The translations under genes and the position numbers were made by a program. Below, piece by piece: positions 25,211 to 37,261 of a stretch of 64,000 nucleotides of DNA. This DNA is from Amphiscolops sp. MND2022 (lineage: Eukaryota), in contig OZ076413.1 of NCBI GenBank assembly GCA_964187785.1, forward strand, positions 44,518,001 to 44,582,000, written 5' to 3'. Under the pieces are notes generated by a model. The model did no database searches. It was not told the origin of the DNA and worked only from the letters and a program-made list of their open reading frames with translations. Each line of letters begins with the position of its first letter. The stretch's first letter is position 1.

Positions 25211-28200
25211 ATTCTTTCAACTTATTCTCTTCGCGTTCCGGAGTGACTAATGCGAATGCCATCCCGCTTAAAGATGCGAATGGCTTGGTAGAATCTCCTT
25301 GAGGGTGTTCTTCTTCCAAACTAGCATCCAAGTAGGTTGTAGGCACTGTTGGAACTGCTTCGTCCTTTGCTTCCACAGGTTCTGTAGTTGTTATAGCACT
25401 CTGTGTCGTTTCTCGGTCATCTGTTTCCGGCGGGAGCTCTGAGTCATTATCTTCTTCTTGGATAGGGAAAACCTTGGCTGATTTCGAAAGATGGGAAGGT
25501 GTTGAGGCTCTGCTGGAATCGTCACTGGTTGGTTTGTTTTTAGGCACTGAGTCTTGATTCATTTGTCTTGTAGGAGTAACAGACCCATATCCGGACTCAA
25601 ACTCAACCAGACTATCCGGAGTTGAAGCTGCTACTGTTTCTCTTATATGACTAACTGGCAACGAACTGGATGCCGAGGTACCGAAACTAGAAAGACTTGT
25701 ACTATCTGGCTGTGGAACAACTTTCACAGGTATCAAAGATAATTGCTCGACCTCGGCAACTGAAGCCATCCAGTCAATTGTAGGAATCTCAACCTGCTCC
25801 TCTTTTGGGGATTCTGCAATTTTTCCTTGCTTCATCAAATCTACAATCAAAGGGGCCGCCTTCGGATACTTTCTAGATTCCAGAGCATCTTCGTCTTTCA
25901 TCTCCCGAGTAAGCATCACAAAGTCTTCGGGTGAGCTTTCAGACGTTGGTTCAAGCTCGGATTCTCGTATTTGTTCGGCTTGTACTGAGTACACATCAAC
26001 GGGTATTGCTTCCGGAGTGGAGTTTAGTTGTCGGATGTTAGCATCATAGGGTTCCAAAGACTCCTCTAGAGGTTCCTCTGATATCTCTTGGGCGCTCGGG
26101 TCGTCCGAAATCTTGCGAAGTCTCGAAGTGCGTTCAATTCTCCTTGAAATTTCTTGCTTTGCATTCTCAGGCAAGGCTTCAAAGTCTTTGGCAACATCAG
26201 GTAGCACTAATTTTATGAAAGCGTCGTCGTAAAAGGTTGACTTTTCTTGAGGTTGGACCACTTCCTCTGTAGAATCTTCAGGAGCAGTCGCTTTGGCAAG
26301 TACAATTTCTGAAAGATCCAAGGCAACTGGGTTCGCTGAGTCCCACTTTTCCTCATTGGTTGCAATTTCGTTAGGTTCATCAGAGGGTCCTGTCACTAAA
26401 AACCCTGTGAATCTTCTCAAGATACTGGAAATGAACCTTGAACCCGTTTCCGGTTCATTTTGTTCAAAGGCAGTTTGATTATCCTCAAGGGGGACTTCGT
26501 TCAACTCCTGCACAACAGGCAAAATATCTTCACTCCTCAGTTTAACTGTTTTTATAGATACTTGTTGGTTGTGCGTTTGATAAGGAAGTTTCTCCTCGGG
26601 GCTGATAGGAGAAACATAAGCGGGTTTCACGTTTTGATTGGGATCTTTCTTGGCATGGATGCGGATACTAGTAATTGCTTCTATTCGTCGCTGAAGAGAA
26701 GTTTGCACGGATGTTTCGTCGCGGGGTGAAGTTTCTTCGAGAGTGTCATGTTCAAACTGTTCTATCAATATTGCATCAGTTTGACCCGCAGTCCAAAGAC
26801 TGGCGGGTATTTTTATGTCGAAATCGGTGCCTTCTTGGAGACAAACTAAGCTCTTTAGAGCAACAGGCAACTGGTTGTACTTGATTACTTCGCTAACAAA
26901 AGAGCAGTTTATAGGGAATCTTGCTACAATTATATCTTCTTTGGCATCAGAAATTGGTCGATAGATTGTGATTGCAATATACTTCACACCTTTGTCTGTT
27001 CTTTCTTCTCGCAGCTTTGCATCAAAGGTGATTCGTGGAAGTTTAGTGCTTTCGTTTCTGAAGTTTTCTTCAATCGGAATCAAAGGCGGAGAAGTCGGGG
27101 ATTTTACTTTGACTGTTTCCGAAAGAACTTCTGATTTTTCAGAAGAGCGCCTGTGTTTCTTGCCCAAAGCAGGACTGTCAATCAAAATTGAATAAGGCGA
27201 ATTGGTACTCCTATCGTCATTAACTTCGGGCAGAATGTTGCTGTTTATCAAAGAGACAATATAGGAATTGTTCGGAGGGAAACTTCTGATTTCTTCGAAA
27301 ACGGACCCATCTTCAGATTTCAGCACTCGTTTCAACAAGACTACATTTCCTCGAGAATCGATTTGCTCGACAGCTTCTGTTGTAATAATTACGTCATCAA
27401 ACTGCCAATCGGTCCATTCCGAGCGTTTCAGGGCGTTGCCCTTAGGTGAGCGTATATCCACTGATTGGTATACCTGGTTTAGGGTGGGTGAATCCAAGAA
27501 TCGGAGGGCGCCTGTTTGTTGTGAGATGAGAGCCCCGCTATTCCATTCTGGGTCATTGACAAAACTTTGCGGATGGGGGTTCTTCTCGGAGTTTTCCAGA
27601 TAGGGTTGAAAGAAACTCTCACTTCTCAGGGAGTTCATATCATCAGCAGACAATGGGTACTTCACAGTTATTACAGGAACTTTTTCTTTGATGTACTTTT
27701 GCAATGTGGGCGATTGAGGTCTGTGCCTTGTTGTTTTGGTAATCCTGTTTCCCTTGACATCCCGACCTTGTCTTGAAATAAGGTACAAAATTTGGGCATC
27801 TGGGAAAACTTCTTCGGCAATTTTCACATCAGTGATGTCCATTTCGGCTTCGCAAAGGTCAAAGTCGTTCGGCTTCAATTTGCGCTCGCTCACATCGAAG
27901 ACGTTCACAGCGCTGTCATCATAAGAAGACCAGGTCCTAGGACTTCCAGGAACGTCTACAAAATCTGTGTTCACTCTTTCGTACCTTCTTTTGATGACTT
28001 CTTCTGTAAAGTAGCCCTCTGCGTCTTCTTCGATTACCCGTTTTTCCGGTTCCTCAAACAGAAATGGAGGGGGGATGATCCCACGGTCCACAAGATTTAC
28101 GATGGTCGGAGAATCGGGTCTATGCATTTGTTGGTTGAATGTTTCGTACCCAAACTCGTCAATGAATTGTTCGCTCAAAAGAACGAACCTGTTTCCGGTT

Positions 28201-31151
28201 CCTGGTTCAATTTCATCTTCAACTCGAATCACGTGGCGTGAAACCGGATCTTCCTGGTTGTGGAGAATGTTCATTGGGACCTCAGTGATTTGTCGCTTTG
28301 TTACCAAAAACTTTCTTTGAACCAGTTTTTGAGATTCTGTTTCAGTCAAGGGTGTTAGAAATGTCTCCGGGAGTTCTTCTGCTGCAATTAGATCCAGAAT
28401 AGTGGGAGACTCGGCTCTGTGAAGTGTTTGTGTTTCATTACCATACTTGTTTTCAAACAAGTGTACAAACCGCTCCCCGTTTTGGTTTATTTCTTCCTCA
28501 GCTCTGAATGTCCATGTGTTTATTTCGACATCATTTTCGGCTTGGATTTCCCCATAGTCTTCGAACTGGAGATTCAACATCGACTTCGATACTGGAGAGT
28601 TTGCTCGATCATCCCTGGATGTCGACAATTTTGGACGTTTTTTGGGTCCTCTGGATCTAGAATCCTGACGAAAGTCAACTTGGGGCAACAAATTTAGTTG
28701 TTCCACAAAAGATTTTGATTTTCTTTTATTGTTGACCTCATCCTGTCGTTTGATGAGCTTCGGGATCCGACTTGAACTTGGTGAGTACTGTTTTTGAATT
28801 TCCAGTTGATCACCGTTTGCGTTTTTGTAAATTTTGGTGACATGCACAACATTTTCTCCATCATCAACAACTCGGTTTTCCATCAACATCACTTCTAAAC
28901 TAACCTTTAGACCTTCTAGTTCCTCTTCACTGCTTGTTTCAGAATCCGAACTACTTTCGACAGTCAGGAAGAGTTGAATGTCAGGCTGGCTTGCTGCTTG
29001 TCGTTTCCTTGTTGTTTTAGGCAAATCGATCTTTGAAGTACTTCTTCTGAGCTCTAGCAACTTCTCCTCGTAAACTGTTCCCCTGACTTGATCCATCAGT
29101 TTCGGGTCATCGACTTTGAAATGTTCTTTTTCTCCGAGATCATTTATAATTTCAATAAATTCTTCACCAGATGACGAAGAAGACGAGCTTTCATTTCCAG
29201 TTTCAATGTCTAAATTTTTCAATTCTGTCGAATCGTCAGTTTCTAAACTGATATTTGAGCCGGGTTTAAACTCATAGCCTGGCAATAACTCCGCTGGAAT
29301 AGTCCCAGATTCAACCAGTTCCAGCAGAGCTGGGTCATCAAACGGGTACTTGTGAATTTTTTCTTCCATGTAACTCTGATATTTGACAATTACAAATAGT
29401 TTACCCTGTGAATCTTCGAAATGTTCAACTCTTAACGCTACATCAGATTCTTCTGACAATTCCGCATCACTTGAACTTGAGTCACTCTCATGGCCCAGAC
29501 TCGTATCGCCAAGCTCCACGACCCCGGCCATAGCTTGTTTCAGCATATCATCAAACCGGCTCCGAAAGTTGTGTTTCTCGATAAATGATATCAGTTCTTT
29601 ATCATACGGTTTGTAGATGAACACTTCCTCCAAGTCGGAGCTTTCTCCCGAAACAATACTGACCTCGACAACAATTTCTGTGTGTGAAAATGATTGGCCT
29701 TTTTTAAGGTCTTCAGGAAGTATTCCTTCGTCAATTAATCTCCAATATTCGGGGTCTTGATCTGAGAACATCTTTTCAGTTGTTTCATCTTCTAAATCTG
29801 AATTCACTCTAACTTCAAAAACCCCAACTTCATGTGACCTCTGCGTATCTCGGAACTTTTCTTGAACGCGTTTGCCCTTTACAGTTATGGATATTTCTTC
29901 CAAACCGTAAGTCAATAACCCGACAATTTTTCCAGTTCTGAAGACTTGAAAACTTTTCTTGATCATGCTTCTCTCATCCGTTTTTATTTCGTACATGCCG
30001 GGTGATTTCACATATTCTGTTTCAACGTCTTCGTTTTCTTCAAAATATTCTCTTTCCATGGTTGTCGCAATTTTGGTACTGGTCGATTCGATATAATCCA
30101 CAGAACCCTCAATTTTGATTTTCTCAGACCGAGTTTCTTCTACTGTCGTTTTCAAGTATTTACCTGTCACCGTTTGATGGGAAAGAATCTGCTTGCCAGC
30201 AATGAAATCTTCAATTCGAGGATCATCTTTTTCAAATCGTTTAGTGACTTCAATTTCAGACCCATCAGAATCATAAGTCACCACTGTAATTTCGATCACA
30301 TGTTCTTTCCTTGCTTCCACCGTTCTTCTTGGAAATTCCAGGATCCCTGAACTAGTCGATGGTTGGAACCGTTCATCATTAACTGGAAATTCCCGCTCAG
30401 TGATCACTTCATTTCCTTCAGCGTCAGTGGAAATCTCCCGTTCAATAATATATTCGTCCAAGGTTTCCGTTTTGGAAGCGTTGTTAGCATACATTTCGAA
30501 CGTCGCTCGAGTTTCCTCCGGACGAGATAAGTTAGACGAAGATGATGTCATATTACTTCGGACCCATGACTCGGCATTCATGTGAGACGATGACGTAAGA
30601 CTTTCTCTGACGTCACTTGAATCTAAATCCGAATTTGAAACTTGAAACTCGGGGTTTTGCAGTATATCAAAAACTCGAGGATCATCTGATGGGAAAAACA
30701 TTTTCTCGGAATGTTCATTTCCTTCTTCGTCCTTGTAAGAGTGAGAAATTTCGAAATATTTTTTACTCTTGTGTTCATTTTTGCGCAATGGAACATTCAG
30801 TCCACTTTCAAGCAATTTTTGTACCCTTTTATCCGACATGTGAACTTTATCGACCGAAGTTTTGTTTTCATCACCAATTTCAGGATCCGAAATTTGTCTG
30901 TGCAGAATGAAATAATCTGATTCTATTTCAACACTTCCGGTGAAAAACTCTTTTTTGGGCTTTGTAGACCTTTGGGTCGACTTCGAAGTGACAATCTTCC
31001 GAACTTCTTCCGGCTTCTTTCGGATTGTGACTTTCGTTTCTTTTTCAACCTCTGTTTTCATAATTGAGTGAGTTTCATCTTCCACTTTGAACAACATGGT
31101 AGGCTCTTGTGCTATTACTAAGTCATCAAACTGCATCGGCATTTCTGGTTT
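25211..31151 (-). CDS. Giant gene 5.9-kb exon (phase 0-1), acidic, about 12 divergent DxxG...DDP repeats, ends in KPFASLSGMAFAL
   Basis: 1978-aa ORF; acceptor tttttttcatttgtag|AAA CCA GAA ATG; donor GAA T|gttagt. Confidence 0.9.
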
Positions 31152-31216
31152 CTACAAATGAAAAAAATCAGATGAATAAATGTAAATGTAATGTCAAATA
31201 AAAAAGAAATTAATTA

Positions 31217-32067
31217 CCCAGGTTTTCGATCTTTGCGAATCTGTGCAGATCTGCAGGGTTCTGCAAAGATCGTTGCACTGAATCTTGAAGATCCATACAA
31301 ATCTGCAAGATCTTCACAGAAGTGTGCAGATTTTCTTTAAAGATTTTTGCAGAAATATGTTTTTCTGCAGCTTCTAAGGAATCAATGATAGCATTTTTGG
31401 ACTTCTTTAACTACTTCATCAACTACTTTAGCTGACCAAGGCTCAGTCAGTTGATACTCTCGATCACTCAAAGTTCTCGAGAAGAAAAATTTGTCCCCAT
31501 CACGGTAGTTATGGTGACTGGCGAATGAGCCGTATTGGTTATACACCGTAATTTATCCATTTCACTTGAACTTTCCAGATGTGGTTGTTGAACTTTGAGA
31601 AGCTCGTTTGCCTCATTGACTTCGTTTCGACGGATGAAATTTGACATGTGGCAACCTTCTGGGTTGGTAGATGTGTTGATAAAGTGTTGTTGTTGCAATA
31701 TTCCGGGAACATGGCTTGTTGGAGTAATTTTCTGGTAACTCGGAATACGTTATAGTAATTTACTGGTCTCTGTTTGGATCTGTAAAGATCTGTAAAGATC
31801 TGCAAAACTCTACAGATCTGTACAGATTGCTGCAGAAAAATGTTTCATCATTTTGACATAAATGAGACGTCTCTCGAGTTTTAAACATTTTTATTATTCG
31901 TTTCACATCGCTGTTTGGTTTTTAGTGTGTTTCTGATAAGGTCATTTTTCTTCGAATCTGCACATATCTGCAAAGATCTGCAAAAATCCTGCCGATCTGC
32001 ACATATCTGAAAAGATCTGCAAAAATCCTGCAGATCTGCACAGATTCGCAAAGATCGAAAACCTGGG
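31217..32067. mobile_element. Non-autonomous DNA transposon, 40-bp TIR starting CCCAGG, TA duplication (CMC/EnSpm-like termini)
   Basis: ta|CCCAGGTTTTCGATCTTTGCGAATCTGTGCAGATCTGCAG ... CTGCAGATCTGCACAGATTCGCAAAGATCGAAAACCTGGG|ta; subterminal CAGATCTG repeats. Confidence 0.85.
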
Positions 32068-32197
32068 TAAACTGACCTTGAAAAACAAATCTTTGTTTTG
32101 AAAAACAGAACAAATTGCTGTTTGAGATGGTTTCAGTTCACTCGAAACGCAACAATTGATATCAAAAAGTTCTAAATACAATTTTTCGTCTACTTAC

Positions 32198-32304
32198 TAC
32201 TGGGGTGTCAAGAAGTCGGTTTATTTCTTTCTGTTTCATTAAGAACTTTTGTTGAAAATCTATCACAAGCTCCATTTCCGTCTTCAGCAAAGATTTCACT
32301 GAGT
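32198..32304 (-). CDS. Giant gene exon (phase 1-0)
   Basis: Acceptor gtgtatttcag, donor GTA|gtaagt; DSVKSLLKTEMELVIDFQQKFLMKQKEINRLLDTPV. Confidence 0.65.
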
Positions 32305-32485
32305 CTGAAATACACGAAATGATCTTAAAACGACTCCTAATTTTCATTCCTTTTCATGAATTAGAATGAATAGATGCCTTTCTAGGTCAACTAATGTCAT
32401 AATTGCAAATAGTTCAACCTGTACATCAACTTGAGATAGGTATTTCAGAAGAATAAGTGTTAAGCTGAATGAATTTCACCCTAAC

Positions 32486-32618
32486 CAAGTTCTTCTGTGG
32501 AGAAATTGCAATTTACACCATCTTGTTCAATCTCAACGAGAAGACATTCGAAGGCTTCGAAGCTAAGCTTCAGGCTTGTCACAATTCGATCAAATTTCTC
32601 TTCTTCAAAATGAAGCTC
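32486..32618 (-). CDS. Giant gene exon (phase 0-1), first exon after the retrotransposon-containing intron
   Basis: Acceptor tgtgtttcag, donor G|gttagg; ELHFEEEKFDRIVTSLKLSFEAFECLLVEIEQDGVNCNFSTEEL. Confidence 0.6.
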
Positions 32619-33323
32619 CTGAAACACATAACATGATTGAGAAACTTTGATTTATTAGGAAATTTATAAACGGCCTCCGCGAAATCATCCCACGTAATGA
32701 GATTGATTATTTTTAACCACCTAAAAAGGTCCCCTTTTGGAAATTTACGGCCCTATTTCTTTCCATTTTTAGTCAGAGCCTTATGCAATAAAAGGCGACT
32801 ATTATAGTAGCTTTAATTCAAAAGTTTCACAAAATGACAAAATTATTGGAAGAGTCCTCCATGTTATATTTTGACACACTTATTCGGATTGCAAAAAAAT
32901 CAGTGTTATTTTCGGCGCTGTGTGATTTTCAAAAAAATCGTTCCTTGTTTTTTGATGCCTTCAGTCATATTTGAATTTTTTTCAGAAAACGTAACAAAAC
33001 GGCCGATTTTTGATTGTAAAAATAGCACATTGGTTTCCGCTGAATTTGGCGTTCTTCAATCGTCAAAAAACAAGTGGCTGTATGATTCAGCTCATCTCCT
33101 TCGGGGGAGATTTGCCCCCCTAACGTTCGGCCTTCGGCAAAACAATCCGCTATTCAAGTACTGGAACTTCTCTTGCTCCTGCAAGTAGAGCACTAATGGT
33201 GTGTCACCATAGCTGACTTTGCTCCTGCAAGTAGCTCCTGACTTGCTCCTGCAAGTAGAGCACTAATGGTGCTGTCACCATAGCGAGCTTCACTTGCTAC
33301 GTTTCAGATAACGGCCGTTTTAA

Positions 33324-33545
33324 GGGGAGCATGGCGTAGTAGTCAGAGCATTCGGCGTGTGCTGAGACGATGTCAAGTTCGAATGTTTCCCAACTGACTA
33401 TTGTTGGGTCTTGAGCATGTCCTTTATCCCCAGCTATGTGTGTATGGTCATGACAAAAACAACGCAAAAGTCCTACAAATGCAAAATAAAAAGAGCAACT
33501 GTGAGCAGTCAGACCATTGTGACCTTGAGCAAGTCACTTTGAAAC
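33324..33545 (+). mobile_element. Degenerate tRNA-derived CORE-type SINE remnant
   Basis: A-box-like TGGCGTAGTAG and B-box-like GTTCGAAT, then TGTGACCTTGAGCAAGTCACTT (33518-33539) resembling the MIR/CORE core. Confidence 0.5.
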
Positions 33546-33603
33546 CACACTTTGAAATTCGAGCATTGCTTGACCACTTGATTGCAAATATGGTACCACA
33601 GTT

Positions 33604-34333
33604 TGTAACGATCACTTATCGAGTCCGAGAATTCGAATTTTTTTGAAAATTTCGTTCAAGGGACTAGATGCCCTCCCCTGAAAAGTCATATTCCGCTGAA
33701 GGATACCGTGTCTTTACCAAAGGACCTGTCCCCGAAATTGAAAAGGATTTGAGTGAGAGAAGCAGAAGAGACCCACTACGAACTAGACGACTACAGGAAT
33801 CCGCAAAACCTGTCAGAAAAAGATTCAAATTTCGGCCGATACGGACTAAACTCTGTTCCCATCGGTGCTTTCTTTAGCAGATCATTACAATATGTTGTGA
33901 CCACCAAAATGAGTCAACTAGCTTGAACAAGCATCCGTGCTTGTGTCCCAGGCTAATTGCTGCCCCAAAAGTGCTAATTATGCAGTAAATTGCGTATTTT
34001 GTCGTGGTAATAGCTCGTGAGCTACTTATTTCGATTTCCTCTGTAGCTACAAGAGAACACGATTTTCCTTTTCCACCTCACCTGTTTTTAAAGGCTATCT
34101 AAGCGTTGGTTTCGAAGAAAAAGCGTAATTCGCGTTACTGATAGCAATTACAGACTGGATCAGGCCGGCGAGCACTTCACAAGAAGCGGAATCCTCCTCT
34201 GACGGGACAGTTTTTACCCGAAGGAGGCAAAATGAGCTCATGGTCATGGGCGCCTGTCCCGGGCAAATACCCATATCATGTGTTCCTCTTACTCTCATGG
34301 TTACGGCGACAGTGGTGAGAGCCTGTCGTTACA
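33604..34333 (+). repeat. 5' LTR (730 bp)
   Basis: TGTAACGA...TCGTTACA inverted termini; direct repeat of 52571-53302. Confidence 0.97.
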
Positions 34334-34349
34334 TAGAGACATCATTTTT

Positions 34350-34366
34350 TGGCGACCACAGAGGGA
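34350..34366 (+). promoter_or_regulatory. Primer-binding site, probably tRNA-Arg
   Basis: TGGCGACCACAGAGGGA is complementary to a tRNA 3' end ...UCCCUCUGUGGUCG-CCA, similar to animal tRNA-Arg(UCG) ends. Confidence 0.65.
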
Positions 34367-37261
34367 TCGCTTCGAAGTGCTTCCCTTAATGGTTTTAAAA
34401 GAGCCGACCCTCTGGTGATTGACGCCAAGTACGACCCGACTCTGACGAGGAGAAGACAGAAGCAGATTTTTCTATGTTTTTACCCTGTATGTACATTATT
34501 GAAGGCTTTATGCCTGGTGGTTAAAGGTAAATTTAGTGAAAAAGCGCTGTATGTTGTAATTCTGAAGCTTTTTAGTAGTTAACAGGTAACAGTCGAAATA
34601 ACCAACCCTCTTAACGGGTCACTCTCTAAAACTGGTCTAGCAAGCCGTCAAAAGGCTGCTAGAGGTGTTAACAGGTATTTTCCAGCCTTTTTCAGCTTTT
34701 TATGACCAATGAAGCGAGTGTTGAGAAGAGGATGATCCTTGCTCAAAAGTATCTTACAACCTGCCGGAATGGAGTTGTACGACTCGCCTATCCCATTTCT
34801 CGTACAGGCTACCCAGAAAACCGAAATTTGGTGGCAACGTACTACAAACACTGACCTATCTAGAGATGCAACCCGTTTGTCTCTAACTGTTCTGGGTGAC
34901 GAGTAAAAGGAACGGAAAGATACAACTCGTCGATCCAGGTTGTATGAATACTTTGAGTCAGGTTGAAAATTTTTTGATTGCTCAAAATTTTATGTATAAT
35001 CACTTGCCGATGTTCTTACGAGCTTTCTGCAAATAGGCGTGTGCATTTGCACCTGTTTTGTGCGAAAAAAGTGCGTTTTTTCATGTATTTTCGACGAAAA
35101 GTGCCAAATTTGGCCACTTTGAGGCGAAACACCTACATGAGCGCGAGCGCTCTTGGTGCCAGCCACACATTTGCAGAAATTAAATAAAAGTAGCTCAGAA
35201 CTCTAATGAGTTCACAAAAACCAGGGCCAACTGCTCAAAGTTGCCCAAAAAAGCACTTAGTGCGAATCTTGTGAGAGAAAACCCCGTTTCGGAAAAATTA
35301 AGCACTTCTAGTAGTGGGGAGATTGATGTTGGAACTTCCAAACATCCCCACTGGGCCACAATTATGTCAGGGCACACCAGCCGGTACCTAGAGCTGCCTG
35401 TTTCGGTAATTATTGTCACTACCTGCCACAAAAACCTACAGAAGTTGCAATTTTGAAGTTTTCCAATAGTATTCTTGAATGGAACTTGAACCGATCATTG
35501 ACTAACATTCCTATACCAAGAACAGTCCGCGGACTGTTGCTTCCAGTTTATTCGAAAGATTTAACGGTCAAGAGTGAAGACCGCACCCCAAAATTCTTTT
35601 TCAGTGTGAAGAAAAGTTGAAAAACGTTGATTTTTAGTTAGTTTCAGGAGTGTCCGCATATATAATTAAAACCCCCTGGACACTCTGTCTTTTTGTTAGC
35701 TAGGAGCTTCCCAGCTCTCATTTTCTGTTTTTACATAAAAAATAACGCATAGTGCTGAAAACCGCGTCAAAAATTCCTTTTCAGTGCTGAGAAAAGTGGA
35801 AAAACGCACTGAATCTGACCAAATTTCCACAAAACCGGACTGTCCAATTGTTAGGGTCGGGTCATAGATTCCCGAACCCTAGCTAAAAACTGGTTGCATT
35901 TTCGTAACCATCACAAAAAATAATACTAGTGCCGAAAATTTGGTGAGCCTAGCGCTAACCAAAGTTGAGAAAAGCTCTCTGACGTTTTGACATCAGAACG
36001 AGCTGACCTAGCCGAAAATTTCCAAAACTATAAGACCGACAGTGCCTCAAACCTAACAGGCGCGGCTAATTGAGGACTTGTGGCAGTGCTGTGACTAGTG
36101 GGGCAACACGTTGACCTTATTTTGCCTGCCGTAACGTTTGTAGTGTCGACCCTCTTAGCCTATTTGTGAAAAAAGTGTCAAAAAAAGGACTGTTGCTGAA
36201 ATAGTGTCTGAACTCAGTCGAAACCCTAGGAAAGCTCGCGAGCTTTCATCGGACCATTGAACCAGCATTGTGGGCGCCCACTGACAGCGCCTACTAAGTT
36301 TCGAGCCAATCGGTGTTGTATTTATTGAAAAATTGACTGAAAAGTACTGCTCAAAAAGAGGTGCAAAAAGGCAAATTTTTCGAAATTTTTCAGAAATGCC
36401 TGAACACCTTATTGGAAAAGTGGGGATAAATTGCAGCCCACCATCGTGACTTGTGCTAGTTGTTGCATTGTTAGCGAGAATACCGAACCGCTAACTCATA
36501 CTGGTGCCTAGAAATTCTATAATAAGCGTGCATTTTGACTCCTACTGAGACATAGGTGTACCGCACGTCTATACCAAGGCAAAACAGTGCACAACCCTCG
36601 GAGCTCAAATCGGTGCTCAATTCCGTGTACCTATATGTGTGTAAGATCCTCTGGTCAATTTTGAGCCAGATCCGATTCTTCAGGAACGAATTTGAGCCAC
36701 TTATATATTTTTGGTACTCTCCGACAAAATTCAAGATTTGTTGTAAACGTCGCATAATTGTCTTAGCGAAAAGGTAGCATCAATCTGAGCTCATTTTCTG
36801 AGCTTGTGGTTTGGTAACAACTGCTTGAGTAAGTTTGAACTCGCTACGACCATTAGATGTGGTTTCGACCCATTCGAGACGTGCGTATCATCATTCTGGC
36901 TCAAGTCTCCACCGAGGCGAAACTTAGAAAAGTGGGACGAAACCCGGTCTTCCATGTAAAAAATTTGCAAAAACTCCCTTGTCTAAACGCATGTTAGTGA
37001 GTCCATCACTTAATGTGAATCGTGATAATTTTTCAAGTACTTTATACAATCGAACATCACGTACCAGACGATGAGTGAATTTTGAAAGACTCCAAAAATC
37101 TTTGAAACTATCAAAAGAACTTAAGTGTGTGTGACATAGTTGCCTCGTGAACCCTAAACGCACGGTTTTCGACCCCACGCAACGGTATCAACGCGCAGTA
37201 AACGTTTCACGCCGAAGCGACTCCCTCATCGAATTTCGACTATTCCGAAATAGGCTAAGTC

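Noticed and set aside
33668..34298. Short ORFs in the LTRs (also 52637-53267)
   Set aside because: Duplicated only because the LTRs are; under 70 aa with no motif.
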